64,000 nt of DNA, taken from positions 288,001-352,000 of the forward strand of contig CBDATQ010000001.1 in assembly GCA_965199955.1 (NCBI GenBank), given 5' to 3'. The first letter of the stretch is position 1. Every line of letters begins with the position of its first letter. This document shows positions 60,474-64,000 of this stretch, in pieces. Made by a program: the position numbers and the translations under genes. The DNA comes from Spirochaetia bacterium (GTDB lineage Bacteria; Spirochaetota; Spirochaetia; SZUA-6; Bin103). A model generated the notes under the pieces. That model did no database searches. It had not been told where the DNA came from and worked only from the letters and a program-made list of their open reading frames with translations.

Positions 60474-61385
60474 ATGCCGGAGCTGCCGGATCTCCTGCTC
60501 TACCGCGATCATGTGCTGCGTCGCGTGGCGGGCGAGCGACTGCAGCGGGTGACGGTCGCCAGCCCCAGCCTCCTCAAAACCCACGACCCTCCGCTGGCCG
60601 CTGCCTGCGGCGCACGCGTCGAGTCGATCGAGCTGATCGGCAAGCGAATCGTCTTCGGCCTGGAGGGGGATCTGCACCTGGTCCTCCACCTGATGATCGC
60701 CGGGCGCCTGCGCTGGAAGGAGGGGGCATCCGCCGCGCCGATCCCGCGGCGCGTGGGGCTTGCGGCGTTCCGCTTCGACGCGGGCTCCCTGATCCTCACC
60801 GAGCAGGGGTCCAAACGACGCGCGGCGCTTCATCTGCTGCGCGGAGCGCCCGCGCTGCGCGTGCTGGACCGGGGCGGCATCGACGTACTGGCCGCCGACG
60901 AGCCCGCGTTTCGCCAGGCGCTCCTCGCGGAGAACCACACCGTCAAACGGGCGCTCACCGATCCGCGGCTCTGTTCCGGGATCGGCAACGCCTACTCCGA
61001 CGAGATCCTGCACGCCGCGGGGCTGTCGCCGCTGAAGTGGACCAGCCGGCTCACGGACGAGGAGCTCGGACGGCTGCATGCCGCGACGCGTCAGGTGCTG
61101 ACCCTCTGGATCGGGCGCCTGCGCGAGCAGGCCGGTGACCGCTTCCCGGAGCGGGTCACGGCGTTCCGTCCGGAGATGGCCGTGCACGGCAAGTACGGCC
61201 AGCCGTGTCCACGCTGCGCCACGCCCGTTCAGCGCATCGTCTACGCCGACAACGAGTGCAACTACTGCCCGGAGTGCCAGACCGGCGGCAAGCTGCTGGC
61301 GGACCGCGCGCTGTCGCGGCTGCTCAAGGGAGACTGGCCGCGCAGCCTGCAGGAGCTGGACGAGCTGCGCACGCCACGCCAGTAG
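60474..61385 (+). CDS. Fpg/Nei family DNA glycosylase
   Basis: MPELPD, HLMIAGR, GIGNAYSDEIL (H2TH), CPRC...CPECQ zinc finger. Confidence 0.92.
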   Translation: MPELPDLLLYRDHVLRRVAGERLQRVTVASPSLLKTHDPPLAAACGARVESIELIGKRIVFGLEGDLHLVLHLMIAGRLRWKEGASAAPIPRRVGLAAFRFDAGSLILTEQGSKRRAALHLLRGAPALRVLDRGGIDVLAADEPAFRQALLAENHTVKRALTDPRLCSGIGNAYSDEILHAAGLSPLKWTSRLTDEELGRLHAATRQVLTLWIGRLREQAGDRFPERVTAFRPEMAVHGKYGQPCPRCATPVQRIVYADNECNYCPECQTGGKLLADRALSRLLKGDWPRSLQELDELRTPRQ

Positions 61386-61419
61386 CCGCGGGCCGCCGTG
61401 AGGCGCACATTAACATTGC

Positions 61420-62091
61420 ATGAAAAGACCCATCCTGATCGTCATCATCGCCGTGGCGGGCGCCGCCGTGCTGGCGGCCGGCTGGTACCTGGGCTCGCCC
61501 CTGTTCATCAATCGCACCGTCTCCGAGGCGTTCCCGGTGGAGTTGCCGAGCGCCGACGACATGGACGACATGCCGGCCGCGGAGATCGAGGCAAAACGAC
61601 GCGAGGCGCTGGCCAACCTGCCGCAGGGCGAAGCGTGGGAGGATCTGTCCGACCGAGCGCAGCAGGAGATCCAGGACCGGGTCATGGATTTCGCCGGCGC
61701 CATGCCCGATTCCGACATGGATGACGCGATGCCGGGCGGCGCATCCCCGGAGCGCCTGGTGCAGGGTACCTTCATGGACGCCGACCGCTTCCACAAGGGC
61801 TCCGGCCGCGCGCTCATCTACCGGTTGGCCGACGGGGAGTTGCTGCTCCGCTTCGAGGAGTTCCGCGTCACCAACGGGCCGGACCTGCACGTGCTGCTGG
61901 CCGAGAACGCGGAGCCGAAACGGCGCGACGAGTTGGGCGACTACATCGATCTGGGCTCGCTCAAGGGCAACGTCGGCAGTCAGAACTACACGCTCGACGC
62001 CGGCACCGACGTCAGCAAGTACGGCAGCGTGGTCATCTACTGCATGCCGTTCCACGTGGTGTTCGCGACCGCGGCGCTTTCCGCCGAGTAG
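61420..62091 (+). CDS. DM13 domain-containing membrane-anchored protein
   Basis: N-terminal TM; HKGSGRA, NGPDLHVLL, LGSLKGNVGSQNY, VVIYCMPFHVVF. Confidence 0.88.
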   Translation: MKRPILIVIIAVAGAAVLAAGWYLGSPLFINRTVSEAFPVELPSADDMDDMPAAEIEAKRREALANLPQGEAWEDLSDRAQQEIQDRVMDFAGAMPDSDMDDAMPGGASPERLVQGTFMDADRFHKGSGRALIYRLADGELLLRFEEFRVTNGPDLHVLLAENAEPKRRDELGDYIDLGSLKGNVGSQNYTLDAGTDVSKYGSVVIYCMPFHVVFATAALSAE

Positions 62092-62189
62092 CGCCCCAGG
62101 AAGACGGAGCCGCGGCTCCGCCTTCCTGGCCCATCCCCTCCTCTGGCTCCGCGGGAGACCTGGCTGATCTGCCGTCCTGCGCACTCAAC

Positions 62190-62840
62190 TCACCGCGCCC
62201 GCTCCTCGAAGAGCACGGCCGCCTCGACCTCGCCTGCGTCAAGACCCAGGCGTGCGCAGGCAGCCGCCACGCTGCGCCCATGGTCCACGAACGCGGCATG
62301 TACCTCGGCGGTCGGCACGGCGCGGCCGTCGATCGCGGGTTGCCCTTCCGCCACGCATGGGTCGATCACGACGAGGCCGTCCGTCCCGCACGGGTACCAG
62401 CGTTCGGCAGATCCCGTCCCGTCATCGAAGTCCAGGCTGCCGGCGATGTCCAGGATGTCTTCGGCGGCCACCCACCGCCCGTCCGAGAGCAGCCTCAGAA
62501 GGGCATCGCCGTAGGTGCGCGTGCGCACGAAGACGCCGTGGCCGTCGGTGAAGAACTCGCGCGACGCGTAGTGGTCGGCGCCGAGCAGATGGCCCGCTTC
62601 ATCCAGCGCCGCGCGGAGCTGGCGCAACCTCAGTCCGCGCGCAAGGAACGGCGCGATGAACAGGAGGTCGATCAGGTCCAGGAACGACGCACGGGTGCGC
62701 GCCTGCCTGGACGCTCCCATGCGCAGCCAGCGCCGGACATGAGACGCCTTCAGCCCCGTCCAGCGTCCGACCTCCGCGGCCTCGTGGACCGCGGCCCTCC
62801 AGGGATCCGCCGCTTGGTCAGCCACGCCGCTACGGGGCAT
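62190..62840 (-). CDS. DUF433 domain protein (antitoxin-like)
   Basis: HTH-like N-terminus, SFLDLIDL, VVIDPCVAEGQPAIDG...EVEAAVLFE; start uncertain. Confidence 0.75.
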   Translation of the reverse strand: MPRSGVADQAADPWRAAVHEAAEVGRWTGLKASHVRRWLRMGASRQARTRASFLDLIDLLFIAPFLARGLRLRQLRAALDEAGHLLGADHYASREFFTDGHGVFVRTRTYGDALLRLLSDGRWVAAEDILDIAGSLDFDDGTGSAERWYPCGTDGLVVIDPCVAEGQPAIDGRAVPTAEVHAAFVDHGRSVAAACARLGLDAGEVEAAVLFEERAR

Positions 62841-62899
62841 TATAGCCGGGGTCGCCGTCTGCCTTGAAGCATGGGCGACGATTGGCCGAGGTCAAGGTT

Positions 62900-64000
62900 T
62901 TGAAGCCATTGCTTTCCGCCGTGTCACGTCCGTCGTCGGTGATCGCCGCCGCGGCCCTGCTCTGGGGGTGCGCCGGGTTCTCGGACATCCAGGAGACCCG
63001 AACGTTCCTCGAAAGTTACGCCGTCGGCGAGTATGACGCCGCAAGCGCCGCGGTCGGCGGTGCTACCGGGCTGGACTACCCGGAGGGGCAACTCCTGAGC
63101 TCGCTGCACACCGCCATGGCGCTGCGCGCGGCGGGCAGGTTCGAAGCATCGCAGGTCGCGTTCGACCGGGCCGAGTCACAGCTCCTGTGGAAGTCCGACT
63201 CCATCGCCAGCGTCGAGGACCTGCTGGCGGCCGGCCTGACCCTGGTGGGCAACGACCTCATGGTGTCTTACCAGGGGACGATCCACGAGGGTGTGCTGGT
63301 GAATACCTACAAGGCCACCAACGCGCTGATGATCGGCGACACGGCGCGCGCCCGCGTGGAGCTCAACCGCGCCCACCAGCGGCAGGCGAACGCGGTCGAT
63401 CAGCTTGGAGCCAAGGTTCGGGCGCTGCGCGCCGGGCAAGAGGACGAGGACGAGCACCGCGAGAACATCGACCGGTCGCTGGATGCGGCGATGGAAACCG
63501 ACGGAGCGGTCGCCCGTCGTCTCAAGGCGGTCGAGTCGCTCGGCGAGTACCGGGATCTGCGCAATCCATTCACCGACTGGCTGCACGGCGTGTTCCGGCT
63601 CGCGACCGGCGAGGCCAACCGTGCATCCGACCTGCTCCGCAACGCCGCCGCCCTGGACGGCGCCCGCAACCGCCACGTCGTCGCCGACCTGACTGTCGCG
63701 GAGCGAGCCGCAAGCGGCGCGGCCGCGGCCGGTGACCGCGTGTGGGTCGTACACGAGGACGGCACCGGACCCTACCTCGACCAGTTCCGGTTCGACCTGC
63801 CGGTGTTCCTCTCCGAGGAGAGTTTCATCATCGTCTCCATGGCGCTGCCCGAGCTGCGCCCGGGCAGGACGGCGGCGGGTCCGTTGCTGATCAGCGCCGG
63901 CGGAGAGGAACACCGGACCGAGACACTCCTGAACGTCGACCGCTACGCCGCCACGGAGTTCCGCGCCGGGTACGACGGCGTCGTCGCCAAGGCGGTAGCC
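62900..64000 (+). CDS. Lipoprotein, COG3014-like; 3'-truncated by window
   Basis: Open frame to window end; lipobox LWGC; YQGTIHEGVLVNTYKA...ARVELNRAHQRQ. Confidence 0.7.
   Translation, partial: MKPLLSAVSRPSSVIAAAALLWGCAGFSDIQETRTFLESYAVGEYDAASAAVGGATGLDYPEGQLLSSLHTAMALRAAGRFEASQVAFDRAESQLLWKSDSIASVEDLLAAGLTLVGNDLMVSYQGTIHEGVLVNTYKATNALMIGDTARARVELNRAHQRQANAVDQLGAKVRALRAGQEDEDEHRENIDRSLDAAMETDGAVARRLKAVESLGEYRDLRNPFTDWLHGVFRLATGEANRASDLLRNAAALDGARNRHVVADLTVAERAASGAAAAGDRVWVVHEDGTGPYLDQFRFDLPVFLSEESFIIVSMALPELRPGRTAAGPLLISAGGEEHRTETLLNVDRYAATEFRAGYDGVVAKAVA

Noticed and set aside
1..64000. Genome-wide TAG recoding
   Set aside because: clpP, ssb, recJ, trkH and the transposase end at TAG at expected lengths

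Overview
A very GC-rich bacterial chromosomal window. It is probably from a spirochaete (inferred from the Msp/Tpr-like outer-membrane protein and the ssb and ClpP types), possibly a host-associated lineage given the cadherin/Ig-repeat lipoproteins and many gene relics. Most of it is housekeeping or metabolic: apbE, clpP, argJ, infA, pepA, ssb, double-length uvrA, glnS, recJ, rsmI, trkAH, larA, hydantoinase A/B and an Fpg/Nei glycosylase. An accessory zone (~4.2-14 kb) holds a 1117-aa Ig-repeat lipoprotein and a 5' remnant of a group IIC intron inserted right after that gene's terminator. It also holds IS relics and a 2.7-kb block bounded by a perfect 75-bp direct repeat that supplies the upstream region and first codons of two unrelated genes. 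The best candidates for undescribed systems are (i) a coupled four-gene operon of degenerate SF1 helicase, active SF1 helicase, stand-alone 4-Cys PD-(D/E)XK nuclease and RecJ, resembling a split AdnAB/AddAB end-resection machine, and (ii) an rsmI / divergent tgt / ArmA-Rmt-like 16S methyltransferase RNA-modification operon. Other observations are an intact IS1634, an in-frame amber in a creatininase gene, a cysC carved from cysNC lying between hydantoinase A and B, and a recurrent leaderless-mRNA signature. No rRNA, tRNA or CRISPR array was seen. All family calls come from motif recognition by eye, not database searches.
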